Source: an uncultured Chryseobacterium sp.
GTDB lineage: Bacteria; Bacteroidota; Bacteroidia; UBA10329
Reading direction: 5' to 3'
Assembly: GCA_964488095.1 (NCBI GenBank)
Contig: CAZATP010000006.1
Coordinates: 53,262 to 117,261, forward strand
Length of the DNA stretch: 64,000 bases
Under the pieces are notes generated by a model that worked only from the letters and a program-made list of their open reading frames with translations, did no database searches and was not told where the DNA came from. The position numbers and the translations under genes are program-made. This document shows positions 19,187 to 28,581 of this stretch, one piece after another. Within the stretch, counting starts at the first letter, position 1. Every line of letters starts with the position of its first letter.

Positions 19187-19939
19187 ATGCTGCACATCGG
19201 TATCTCTTCCTGCTTTTTCTACCCAGACCTCCAACGGACCACTTTTGGCCCGAAGACCCTCTGTTATCTGGAAAACGATATGGCCCGCTACGTGGCCCGT
19301 CCTGATGTCATTCCCGTGCTGATTCCCGACCTTCCAAAGGATGATGTTCAGCGGCTTGTAGGTATGTTGGACGGTCTCGTTCTGCAGGGAGGAGCAGATC
19401 TTTCCCCAGCATCTTATGGGGAAGAGCCCATACTCGATGGTCGTTGGAAAGGAGACGGGTTCCGCGATGAGTATGAGATGGACCTCGTAAAACGTTTTCT
19501 CGATGCGGATAAGCCCGTTTTTGGCATCTGTAGGGGTTTCCAGCTTCTTAATGCCTATTTCGGAGGTACTTTATATCAGGACATCGCCATTCAACGCCCT
19601 GAAAGTGTGAGGCACAGGGACGCGTTAGAGTATGACCGGGTGAATCATGGTTTGCAATGGGTTGAAGGTTCGTTCATGCATGGTCTACATGGCAATGAGA
19701 CGGTGAACCGCGTCAACTCCGTTCATCACCAAGGTGTGAAAGACCTCGGTTATGGGCTCATCTCCCAGGCCCATTGTAGCGAGGATGGACTGATTGAGGC
19801 ATTCATCCACGAGCATTTTGCCCCCGGTCGTGTGATGGGGGTGCAATGGCATCCGGAGTATTCGCATACCCTCGGGGCATCCGTTCTGAACCCTGATATC
19901 CTCATCGAAACGTTTCTCGCATTTGTCAGAGGCAGATGA
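19187..19939 (+). CDS. Gamma-glutamyl-gamma-aminobutyrate hydrolase family protein (peptidase C26, class I glutamine amidotransferase)
   Basis: GICRGFQLLN nucleophile elbow, SVHHQ and QWHPE motifs. Start set to the ATG at 19187 (MLHIGISS...). Confidence 0.8.
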   Translation: MLHIGISSCFFYPDLQRTTFGPKTLCYLENDMARYVARPDVIPVLIPDLPKDDVQRLVGMLDGLVLQGGADLSPASYGEEPILDGRWKGDGFRDEYEMDLVKRFLDADKPVFGICRGFQLLNAYFGGTLYQDIAIQRPESVRHRDALEYDRVNHGLQWVEGSFMHGLHGNETVNRVNSVHHQGVKDLGYGLISQAHCSEDGLIEAFIHEHFAPGRVMGVQWHPEYSHTLGASVLNPDILIETFLAFVRGR

Positions 19940-19973
19940 TATCCTCTCAACATCTCTTTCATTCCACATACCT

Positions 19974-21335
19974 ATGAACATCATCAATCCCGCCACTGGA
20001 AAGGTGGTTACAACCGTTCAGGAGGACAGCATTTCCTCGATTCAGGAGAAGTTCAACCGGGCCAAGGTGGCTCAGCGCCTATGGGCATCCACTCCGCTCC
20101 AGGAAAGGCTGGCCTGCATCGTCCGCTTCAACGAGTTGCTGGTCACGGAGGCCGACAGGTTGGCCAAGGACCTTACCACCGAGGTGGGTAAGCCCATCGG
20201 GCAGGCACAAGGCGAGTTCCGTGGTGGACGTGCCCGCAGCGTCTGGTTCGCAAACAATGCTGAGAAGTATCTGGCCGAGGAGTGGATGGTCACCGAGGGA
20301 GACACTAAGGAGAAGATCACCTATGAACCACTGGGCGTCATTGCCAACATCTCTGCTTGGAATTACCCGGTGCTTGTGGGAGTCAATGTGTTCATTCCTG
20401 CGCTCATCGGGGGCAACGCGGTGCTCTATAAGCCTTCGGAGTTCAGCACACTTACAGGTCTGAACCTCGTAGCTCTGCTGCATAAGTCAGGTGTTCCTGC
20501 TGATGTCATTCAGCCCGTGATCGGAGGAAGGGAGGCCGGTGAGGCCCTACTCGATCTCTCGTTGGATGGTTATTTTTTCACAGGATCTTATGCGACAGGC
20601 CGCTACATTGCAGAGCGTGTGGCTTCCAAACTTGTTCCCGTAGGTCTGGAACTTGGAGGAAAGGATCCCATGTATGTGTGTGACGATGTCGATGTGAAGC
20701 ACGCGGCAGCCGCTGGCGTGGAAGGGGCGTTCTATAATACGGGGCAGAGCTGTTGCGCTGTGGAGCGCATCTACGTGCACGAACGCATCTATACGGAATA
20801 TGTGGACGCTTTCATTGAGGAAGCAAAGAATTGGACCATAGGCGATCCCGAGCATGCAGCTACTGCTATCGGTCCACTTACACGGCCTCAACAGCTCACC
20901 GTTCTTGAGGACCAGGTTAAGGATGCAATTGACCGCGGGGCCCGGCTAGTGCTTGGTGGGAAACACGCTGAAAAGGCAGGATACTACTTCGAGCCCACGG
21001 TGCTGGTGGACTGTGACCACTCCATGAAGGTGATGATGGACGAGAGTTTCGGTCCTATAATTGGAATCCAGTCCGTGAAGGACGATGAAGAGGCGGTTAA
21101 GCTTATGCAGGCCACTCCGTATGGACTCACCTCGGCCGTGTACACACCTGACCGTACACGTGCCGAGGCCATTATGGCACAGATGAACAGCGGAACCGTG
21201 TATTGGAATTGCTGTGACCGTGTGAGCCCGAACATTCCGTGGTCAGGTCGTGGGCATTCTGGCCTCGGGTCCACATTGTCCCATCAGGGCATTCGGGCAT
21301 TTGTTCAACCCAAGGCCTATCACCTGCGCGGTTGA
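19974..21335 (+). CDS. NAD(P)-dependent aldehyde dehydrogenase
   Basis: MNIINPATGKV..., ELGGKDP, GQSCCAVERIYV (catalytic Cys), ESFGPI. Start moved from 19923 to the ATG at 19974, which avoids overlap with the upstream gene. Confidence 0.85.
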   Translation: MNIINPATGKVVTTVQEDSISSIQEKFNRAKVAQRLWASTPLQERLACIVRFNELLVTEADRLAKDLTTEVGKPIGQAQGEFRGGRARSVWFANNAEKYLAEEWMVTEGDTKEKITYEPLGVIANISAWNYPVLVGVNVFIPALIGGNAVLYKPSEFSTLTGLNLVALLHKSGVPADVIQPVIGGREAGEALLDLSLDGYFFTGSYATGRYIAERVASKLVPVGLELGGKDPMYVCDDVDVKHAAAAGVEGAFYNTGQSCCAVERIYVHERIYTEYVDAFIEEAKNWTIGDPEHAATAIGPLTRPQQLTVLEDQVKDAIDRGARLVLGGKHAEKAGYYFEPTVLVDCDHSMKVMMDESFGPIIGIQSVKDDEEAVKLMQATPYGLTSAVYTPDRTRAEAIMAQMNSGTVYWNCCDRVSPNIPWSGRGHSGLGSTLSHQGIRAFVQPKAYHLRG

Positions 21336-21389
21336 TTGTTCACGAATTGTGGACGGTGAGATTAAGTAGCCAGCGATTGTTGAGAAAAT

Positions 21390-21423
21390 GAAAGGCCCTC
21401 CCGGATTTCCGAGAGGGCCTTTC
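21390..21423. terminator. Hairpin terminator between convergent genes
   Basis: GAAAGGCCCTC (21390-21400) pairs with GAGGGCCTTTC (21413-21423). On the minus strand it is followed by ATTTTCTC, so it suits the adhesin gene best. It is possibly bidirectional. Confidence 0.65.
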
Positions 21424-21442
21424 ATTGTGCACAATGCAGCTG

Positions 21443-24400
21443 TTACTGCTTGATCACCTTCACTACGCTTGATTGAGAATCAGCGGTCACACGAAGGAAG
21501 TAAATGCCGTTGGGCAATGCGGTGATGTCATATTGCTTCCTCAGTTGCTCTGTAGTTCCCATTGTTCCGTCAGACCACAGCACCTTGCCTACGAGGTCGT
21601 GCATCTCCACGGTCATGGTGCGTGCCGTGTTCAAAGTGATGTCCACGGTGAAGGCACCATTGTTCGGGTTCGGGTAAACACTTACCGAGCCATCGAAGTC
21701 CACTTCCTCCACACCAACGCAGCATGTGAGTTCATATACCTGAGAGTTCCCGATACACCCGTTCGCGTCCTGCACCTGAACGGTATAGTTGCCACTTCCT
21801 GTCGGATTGATGGTGTATTCCGATTGTGTTGCTCCAGGAATGGCATTTCCATTCAGCAACCATTGGAACTGCTGGAAATCCTGTGCGTTGGTAACAATCA
21901 GCGTGCTCCCCACCACATCTACGAGGGGCTGTGGGTTCCACACGAGAATTTCAACTGGGGTAGCCTGCATTGAACTGTCAATGCAACCGTTGCCATCCAA
22001 AGTCGATAGCCAGTAGGAACCGCTCTGGGTCACTGTGATGGCCGATGTGGTAGAACCAGTGTTCCACAGATAGGAAGCATAGCCCTGTTCCACTTGCAGC
22101 ACCACGCTACCACCATAGCAGAATGGCTCCTCTCCGATGATCTCGATTTCAGATACGGCCATCGGTTGGTTCTCAATCACTTCGGCCTCTACCGTTCCGA
22201 TACATCCGTTCTGGTCCAGGACAGTGAGCTCCAATGTGCCCGTCTGATTCACAGTGATGACATTCGGCTGTGATGTCGGTGAACCAAACGACCATGTGTA
22301 GTCCACAAATCCATTCGGAGCACTCACGGTGACACTGTTGCCGGAACAGAAAGCAATCGGGCTGTCGGGCGTGAGAACAGGCTGCGGCAATGGAAGAACC
22401 ACTACCAGAACTGTGTCATAACCGAAGCAACCGTTGCCGTCTTCAACCCTTACGCAGTAGTTGCCTGAAGCCGTAGTGGTGAAGGTCTGAGTGGTGGCAT
22501 TGCTGGTGCACCATAGGTAAGAAACGAATCCTGCACCTGCATCCAATGTGTAAACGCAAGCGGTGGTATCGTTTCCAAGATCAACCACGGGTGCAGCATT
22601 CACAACCAGGCCGAAGGATGCAGAACCAACACAACCGGTGGTCGGGTCAGCGAACAGATAGCTGACGTTGGTGGTTCCTGCACCGGCCAGTTCTGGGAAG
22701 AACAGGTTGCCCACCACTGGGAAGGTGTTCCCGTTGAAGACATAGTCAACGGAGTAGGTGCCTCCTGCAGGAACACCGCCTACCAATTCGATGACAGCGT
22801 CATTTGAACAGGCCGGGCCAACGGTAGGAAGGTTTACCACCGGAGCAGGGTTCACCGTATAGGTGAGACCGGGAGTGGTGTATACGCATCCGTTCACATC
22901 TGTGGCAATCACGGCAATCGTCTGACCATTGAGGATGTTGGCATTCACATAGGGATTCACCTGACTTACAGACGCACCGTCCAAGTAGAAGTCATAGCTA
23001 AGTGAACCACTGGCGGTAAACGTTACAGATGTACCCTCGCAGATAGTTGTGCCTGTAGGGTTGGCTGTCAATGTTGCCACTGTTGCGCCTATATCGCTCA
23101 ATGAGATGACATCCGTATCCGTGCAACCATTGGCATCTGTAACGGTAACAGCCCACTGACCTGCTGGCAGACCAGTGGCGGTAGGTGTGACCTGTCCATC
23201 AGTCCATAGGTAGGCATAGGCAGGCGTACCACCTATGGTGATAGTGTTGGCCTGACCATCAGTGGCCTGGCAGCCAGATGGGCTGAGCGATGAGATGATT
23301 CCAATAGTGACCTCAGGATGAACGGTGAATTGCACTGGGGCGCTTGTTGCAGCACACAGCTGAGTATCGAGACCGGTCACGGCAATGATGTCGCCATCCT
23401 GAAGTGTACTGGTCACGAAGGGGTTCACAGTAGAAGTGAGCACACCATTCACATAGTAGACATAGGTTGTAGCGCCTGTTGCAGTGAACGTCACTGGGAC
23501 TCCGCCACAGACAATTCCACTTGGGAAATCGCTAGTGAGGAATACGGGGCTCGAACCTACATCGCTGAGGGATGCACTTACACTGGAAGTACAACCAGCA
23601 GCGTCCGTTACGGTCACGAAATATGAACCTGCGGAAAGACTGCTATAGGTGTCAACGGATGGACCTGCAGCCCACTGGAAGCTGTAGGGTGTTGTTCCGC
23701 CTGTAGCATCGGCAACAAGAACACCGTCTGTAGCACCACATTCAGAGGGGTCCTGCTGACTGGCAATGATGGCCACGGGGCTCGCATTCACAGTAACGGT
23801 GAGCGAAGCACTCTGCACATCGCAACCGTTAGCATCAGTACCGATCACGGAGACAACGTCACCATCCTGAAGATTTGACCCGATGAACAGACTGGTCGGC
23901 CCAGCTGGTCCCTGTGAGACGCTGTTCACAAAAAACTCATAGGAGACACCTCCAGAGGCAAAGAAGGAGATGTCCTGACCCACGCAAATGGTCTCATTGG
24001 GCACGTTGGACTGCAACGAGATGATTGGCCCGGGATTGACCGTCATGATAACAATGTTACCAGTAGCGGTACAACCATTCGCATCGGTACCCGTCACGGC
24101 TATACTCTGGCCATTGGTCAGCGTGGTCGTTGTGAAGGGGTTGGTGCTACCTACAGTCTGCGCGTCCACGAAGAAGTTGTAGTTCTGTGAACCAGAGGCC
24201 GTGAAGGTCACAGACTCGCCTTCGCAGATAACATTCGTTGGGTCTTCGGAACTGCTCAGAGTTACAGGTGCGGCACCTGGGTCGCTCAGGCCGAAAGTGC
24301 CATTGGTCGAACAGCCATTCACGTCTGTCACCGTCACCAGATAGGGACCAGCCGCAAGTCCAGACACATCCGCAGTCGTGGCAGAGGTGGCCCAAGCATA

Positions 24401-26533
24401 GGAGTAAGGGGAAAGACCAGCGGTCACGTTAGTCTGAATGGCCCCATCTGTTCCACCGCATGAGGTCGGGTCTGTAACGGTGGCATTAATAACAGGTGTA
24501 GGCCTAACGGTGAATGTCAGCCCAAGACTGGTGTAGGAGCAGAAGTTGAAATCCACACCAAGCACAGACACCTGATCACCATTCTGAAGGGTGTTAGTCA
24601 CCCAAGGGTTCTGAGTCGAAACAGGAATTCCATTGACGAAGTACTGGTATTGGAACGCACCAGAAGCTGTGAACACTACTACATCACCCGCACATATGGT
24701 CTGGTCTGCATCGTTGCTCGTCAGGGTGACCACGGAGGCGTTCGGGTCATTGATGGATACTGAGGAAACATCGGTACAACCACTGCCATCCGTTACGGTT
24801 ACTATGTAAGGACCTGCACTAAGACCCGGATTCGTTGCCGTTGTGGGACCATTGCTCCAAGAGAAGCTGTACGGGGGCGTTCCTCCGTTGGCAATGGCGG
24901 TAATAGTTCCGTCAGCGCCACCACAGGCCGATGGACTCTGAATGCCGCTGAATCCGACCGAAGGCGCTGGGGTAACCGAAATAAGAATGTTCGCGCAAGT
25001 CGTGGTATTGCAGGGACCTTCGGCTCTGACAAAGTAGTTTGCCGTGGTTTGCGGATTGACCGTGATAGAGGTTCCGGCACCGACAAGCTGCCCTCCACAA
25101 CTTCCGACATACCAGTACCACTGCGCACCTCCTCCCAATACACCACCACTCACCGTGAGCGTTGTGTTGGCACCAGCGCAGACGTTGGAGTTCGATGCGA
25201 TGATGGCCGTTGGCGCGGTAGACGGGCTGTTGACCACCACCTGAACACTAGTGCAGGTGGTGTTTGCACAACCACCTTCTCCACGAACGAAATATGTTGT
25301 TGTCGAAGCGGGAGATACCGAAATGGAGGAACCTGTTCCGATAGCCGTTCCAGAACCGCAGCCTCCAGCATACCAAGTCCAAGCAGAACCACTGCCGATG
25401 CTTCCGCCCACAACACTCAAAGTAACACTGCCACCAGGGCACATTGTGGCTGGGGATGCTACCACACTTGTCGGAGCAACGTTGTTGGGCGTCACCGTAA
25501 CTACGGTGGACTGCTGCGTGCCCCAACACCCACCGTTCTCAGGACGGTAATAATAAGTGTAGGTACCAGATGTCGTGATAGTTCCAGTGCTGTTGGAAAG
25601 ACCCGGTGTGGCAGTGCTCGTTCCGTTGTTCGTTGTCCCCTGCCAGTAGGTGGTTCCACAGGATGCGGCAGCACCTACAATAGTGGCAGCATTCCCTTCG
25701 CAGATGGTGGTCGTTGCTGGGTTATTTGCAGCAATGGTCGGGTCGGTCCTACGGTAGGTGAGAGTAGCAGACTGCCCGGTCCAGGTACAATTGGACCGGT
25801 TCGCACTTACCCGCAATGATGTGGTTGTTCCAGAGAACCAACAGGTCTGGTTTGCCGTGAAGGCAGTTCCATTCCCGCCCTGTGGAGTAGCGCAGAAACC
25901 GTTGATATTCGATGCGGTGCTTACAAACGTGAAATTGTAATAGGTGTTCGGGGAGAGTGGCAGATCGAAGAAAGCGCCAGATCCAACGCTGAAGTTACCA
26001 TTCTGACATCCCGTTGCGGCAGTATGGTTGGCACTGGTCTCCACAGCGATGGCGCAGCCGGTGCAAGGCGTTACAGGTGGAGGTGCGGATGGAAGACTGA
26101 TCAAAGTGATAGTAACAGTGGCACATGTCTGTTCAGTAGTGCAGTTCCATCTATGAAATGCAGAGTAAATGGTTCCGCCCGGGGATGTGAACTGCACGGA
26201 GGCCTGAAGGCCGCTACAGCCAGGACCGTTGTCATCATTATAGGCGAGTAGACCACAGGTGTTGGTGTAGATGGAGAGCTGTGTGTCATAGCTTGCCCCA
26301 CAACTTGAGATTCGGTAGACCGCACCCGCTACAGTGTTAGATATGGTTGCCCTTTCCCCGCCCCATTGACAGGTGGTTATCGTCCCAGTTTGACCAGCAG
26401 TCCAGCCGGCAACGCTTATCGAGCCAAAATCGGAGACATTACAAGGGCATTGTGCGCTGGCCGTGTTCACCGTGGATATGACTGAGGTGAATCCCGCAAG
26501 GGCAGCAAACAGAACAGTGTAAAATTTATTCAT
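21443..26533 (-). CDS. Giant T9SS-secreted adhesin with SprB repeats, Ig-like domains and a type A C-terminal sorting domain
   Basis: 1696 aa from the ATG at complement 26531-26533 (MNKFYTVLFAALAGFTSVISTVNTASAQ). The track's 1805-aa version runs into the upstream gene. SprB-type units such as CGGADGTITAIANGGTPPYSFSWSNG...GPYIVTVTDGSGC. C-terminus VYPNPNNGAFTVDI...GIYFLRVTADSQSSVVKVIKQ. Confidence 0.85.
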   Translation of the reverse strand: MNKFYTVLFAALAGFTSVISTVNTASAQCPCNVSDFGSISVAGWTAGQTGTITTCQWGGERATISNTVAGAVYRISSCGASYDTQLSIYTNTCGLLAYNDDNGPGCSGLQASVQFTSPGGTIYSAFHRWNCTTEQTCATVTITLISLPSAPPPVTPCTGCAIAVETSANHTAATGCQNGNFSVGSGAFFDLPLSPNTYYNFTFVSTASNINGFCATPQGGNGTAFTANQTCWFSGTTTSLRVSANRSNCTWTGQSATLTYRRTDPTIAANNPATTTICEGNAATIVGAAASCGTTYWQGTTNNGTSTATPGLSNSTGTITTSGTYTYYYRPENGGCWGTQQSTVVTVTPNNVAPTSVVASPATMCPGGSVTLSVVGGSIGSGSAWTWYAGGCGSGTAIGTGSSISVSPASTTTYFVRGEGGCANTTCTSVQVVVNSPSTAPTAIIASNSNVCAGANTTLTVSGGVLGGGAQWYWYVGSCGGQLVGAGTSITVNPQTTANYFVRAEGPCNTTTCANILISVTPAPSVGFSGIQSPSACGGADGTITAIANGGTPPYSFSWSNGPTTATNPGLSAGPYIVTVTDGSGCTDVSSVSINDPNASVVTLTSNDADQTICAGDVVVFTASGAFQYQYFVNGIPVSTQNPWVTNTLQNGDQVSVLGVDFNFCSYTSLGLTFTVRPTPVINATVTDPTSCGGTDGAIQTNVTAGLSPYSYAWATSATTADVSGLAAGPYLVTVTDVNGCSTNGTFGLSDPGAAPVTLSSSEDPTNVICEGESVTFTASGSQNYNFFVDAQTVGSTNPFTTTTLTNGQSIAVTGTDANGCTATGNIVIMTVNPGPIISLQSNVPNETICVGQDISFFASGGVSYEFFVNSVSQGPAGPTSLFIGSNLQDGDVVSVIGTDANGCDVQSASLTVTVNASPVAIIASQQDPSECGATDGVLVADATGGTTPYSFQWAAGPSVDTYSSLSAGSYFVTVTDAAGCTSSVSASLSDVGSSPVFLTSDFPSGIVCGGVPVTFTATGATTYVYYVNGVLTSTVNPFVTSTLQDGDIIAVTGLDTQLCAATSAPVQFTVHPEVTIGIISSLSPSGCQATDGQANTITIGGTPAYAYLWTDGQVTPTATGLPAGQWAVTVTDANGCTDTDVISLSDIGATVATLTANPTGTTICEGTSVTFTASGSLSYDFYLDGASVSQVNPYVNANILNGQTIAVIATDVNGCVYTTPGLTYTVNPAPVVNLPTVGPACSNDAVIELVGGVPAGGTYSVDYVFNGNTFPVVGNLFFPELAGAGTTNVSYLFADPTTGCVGSASFGLVVNAAPVVDLGNDTTACVYTLDAGAGFVSYLWCTSNATTQTFTTTASGNYCVRVEDGNGCFGYDTVLVVVLPLPQPVLTPDSPIAFCSGNSVTVSAPNGFVDYTWSFGSPTSQPNVITVNQTGTLELTVLDQNGCIGTVEAEVIENQPMAVSEIEIIGEEPFCYGGSVVLQVEQGYASYLWNTGSTTSAITVTQSGSYWLSTLDGNGCIDSSMQATPVEILVWNPQPLVDVVGSTLIVTNAQDFQQFQWLLNGNAIPGATQSEYTINPTGSGNYTVQVQDANGCIGNSQVYELTCCVGVEEVDFDGSVSVYPNPNNGAFTVDITLNTARTMTVEMHDLVGKVLWSDGTMGTTEQLRKQYDITALPNGIYFLRVTADSQSSVVKVIKQ
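22850..24960 (-). repeat. Tandem array of about 190-aa di-domain units (SprB repeat + Ig-like domain) inside the adhesin gene (approximate borders)
   Basis: Four to five successive units of pattern C-G-x-x-DG...GG-T-P-Y-x-x-x-W...G-x-Y-x-V-T-V-T-D-x-x-G-C followed by ...IC-x-G-x-x-V-x-F-T-A-SG...Y-x-F-x-V-(N/D)... Divergent at the DNA level. Confidence 0.6.
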
Positions 26534-26681
26534 GGTCGAGGGTTGAGAATGCAGATGCTGCGATGTTAAAAACAGGGCGAAAAGTAATGAAAGTGTTGAT
26601 ATTGAAAACGTGACAGAAAATTTACGGTCACGCAAAGTGATGAAGTGAAGTTTGGCAGACTCCCCATTACGGATTGAGGTT

Positions 26682-28493
26682 TCACGGTAGAACCAGTTTC
26701 TCTCGAAAGGACTGCTCACCTGCAATGATTTCAAGTACAAGAACTCCCCGATGTTCTGAATCAATGTGAATGATGTCGGTGGTGGTCGTTCCTGCGCTGA
26801 GTAGTCTTCCAGAAAGGTCGAAAAGGCGGAAAGATGTACAGCCTGATGATGATTGAACACGGAAACTGTTGCTACTTATCCTGGTGACAAGGCCCTGTGG
26901 CCTTCCGTAATTCACAGATGTGACCATGTCCTCGATCACAGTGACCATAGCATCGGTGGCAACGCCAGTCAGTACAGAGGTCAGGCCAGATGGGAAGCTC
27001 ACAATCACCGAATCCACGGTCTGGGCCGCTCCCACACCGAAGTGTACAATGGACGAGTTGTGACTGGCATGACCTGAGCCTCCGTCCACCTCAGCTATCC
27101 TTGTGAGACCGTTGAAAACGATGCGCACTCGGGTCCCGAACCCGTCTCGGTTGCTTTGCGTGCCTTGAACCTTGAGGCGCAAGTAGTTGTTGCTGTTGAC
27201 GGATGTGTTCAGATACAGCAATGCCCTGACCTCCTCCGGTTCATTGCTCTTCACCGCATTCACCACTATGTCCAATCTCCCATCGTTATTGAAATCTCCA
27301 AATGCAGCGCCTCTGCATCTCTGTTCCGAACCCAGACCTGCTGTCGATGTGATGTCAGCGAATGTTCCATCGCCCAGGTTTTGGTAAAGTCTGTCCGGGT
27401 TCATTAGTGCGTTGGCGATGAAGGGTGCGGATGGTATCTCTCCGTTAGCTACGAAAAGGTCGGATTCACCGTCATTGTCAGCATCGAAGAAGAAGGTGGA
27501 CCACCCCGTTGTGTTCAGACCATTGACACTGTCATTGAGAACACCTGCCTCTTCCGCCACATCGGTGAAGTGGGTGCCATCGTTGCGGTACAGATAGTTG
27601 GCTCCGATGTTGGTCATGTAGTAATCCAAATCGCCATCGCTGTCGTAATCACCAATGGCCACGCCCATTCCGTAGAAGCCGCCATCCATGCCCAACTCAT
27701 TGCTGACATCCTCAAATTCTGAGTTTGGAAGCTGGTTCCTGTAGAGTGCGTTAGGTGTTATCCATTGTCCGAAGTCGTTCACCACCAGCAGGTCTGAATT
27801 CCCATCGCCATCATAGTCGGTGAATGTTGCAGCAAGTCCGCATCCCTCTTGCAGAATGCCATAGCTCATGCTTGACTCGGAGAATGTAAGGTTCCCATTG
27901 TTGATGAAAAGTCTGTCTGCATCGCAATCATGGTTGAAACCTATCACCTCCGTGCCTTCTCCGAAGATGACACCCGTTACTGAGACATAGTTGGTGATAT
28001 AGATGTCGAGATATCCATCCTTGTTCACATCGCCCATGGTGGCGGAAACGCTGCGTTCGGTGGTGCTTGTACCAAGTGCGGTGACCAGCCTCGAAAAAGT
28101 ACCGTCTCCGTTGTTTTGGTAGAGCATGTTCTCATATCCCAGGTCGGTGAGAATGAGGATGTCCCTGAAACCGTCATTGTTGATATCACCGGTCACCACG
28201 CCAAGGGTGGTCACACCGGCCGTGATGCCGAAGCCGGCCTGCACACCCACATCCGTGAAGGTCATGTCACCATTGTTCCGGTACAGTTTGTCCCTGTTCT
28301 CGCCCCCGGTCATGTAGATGTCCTCCCAGCCATCATTGTTGTAGTCGAACACGGCCACACCACCGCCCAAATGCAGGTCAGACTTCTGGAAGTGGTCTAT
28401 GCCCGCCTGAGTTGTCATCTCAGCGAAGGTGGTCTGCGCCATCACCCGCTCACAAATGGACAGCGATAATGTGAAGCACAGGATTCTCAACAT
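26682..28493 (-). CDS. CRTAC1/ASPIC-UnbV family protein with FG-GAP/VCBS repeats and a T9SS-like C-terminal domain
   Basis: Repeated DYNNDGWEDIY / DINNDGFRDI / DYDGDGNSDL / DYDSDGDLDY / DADNDGESDL / DFNNDGRLDI Ca-binding loops. UnbV/ASPIC-like RVRIVFNG...AEVDGGSGHASHNSSIVHFGVG. Confidence 0.8.
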   Translation of the reverse strand: MLRILCFTLSLSICERVMAQTTFAEMTTQAGIDHFQKSDLHLGGGVAVFDYNNDGWEDIYMTGGENRDKLYRNNGDMTFTDVGVQAGFGITAGVTTLGVVTGDINNDGFRDILILTDLGYENMLYQNNGDGTFSRLVTALGTSTTERSVSATMGDVNKDGYLDIYITNYVSVTGVIFGEGTEVIGFNHDCDADRLFINNGNLTFSESSMSYGILQEGCGLAATFTDYDGDGNSDLLVVNDFGQWITPNALYRNQLPNSEFEDVSNELGMDGGFYGMGVAIGDYDSDGDLDYYMTNIGANYLYRNDGTHFTDVAEEAGVLNDSVNGLNTTGWSTFFFDADNDGESDLFVANGEIPSAPFIANALMNPDRLYQNLGDGTFADITSTAGLGSEQRCRGAAFGDFNNDGRLDIVVNAVKSNEPEEVRALLYLNTSVNSNNYLRLKVQGTQSNRDGFGTRVRIVFNGLTRIAEVDGGSGHASHNSSIVHFGVGAAQTVDSVIVSFPSGLTSVLTGVATDAMVTVIEDMVTSVNYGRPQGLVTRISSNSFRVQSSSGCTSFRLFDLSGRLLSAGTTTTDIIHIDSEHRGVLVLEIIAGEQSFREKLVLP

Positions 28494-28527
28494 GATTTGT
28501 TGGTGGATGAGGTGAAATTAAAAATGA

Positions 28528-28560
28528 AAACCCCGGAAGTGCTTTTCACTGCCGGGGTTT
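28528..28560 (-). terminator. Rho-independent terminator of fumC
   Basis: AAACCCCGG (28528-28536) pairs with CCGGGGTTT (52-60 of the same line, i.e. 28552-28560). On the minus strand the hairpin is followed by TTTTCATTTTTAATTT. Confidence 0.7.
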
Positions 28561-28581
28561 AAATCGCATTTTAATAACTGG

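Noticed and set aside
26534-26860. 109-codon N-terminal extension of the adhesin ORF in the track (start 26860)
   Set aside because: The extension overlaps the 3' end of the upstream CRTAC1-like gene (stop at 26682) and has no signal peptide. The internal ATG at 26533 is followed immediately by a classical signal peptide.
28494-28527. Possible promoter for the CRTAC1-like gene in the 34 nt between the fumC terminator and its ATG
   Set aside because: There is no TAnnTTTG-like box. Expression may depend on terminator read-through from fumC or on an atypical promoter. The evidence is not sufficient to annotate one.
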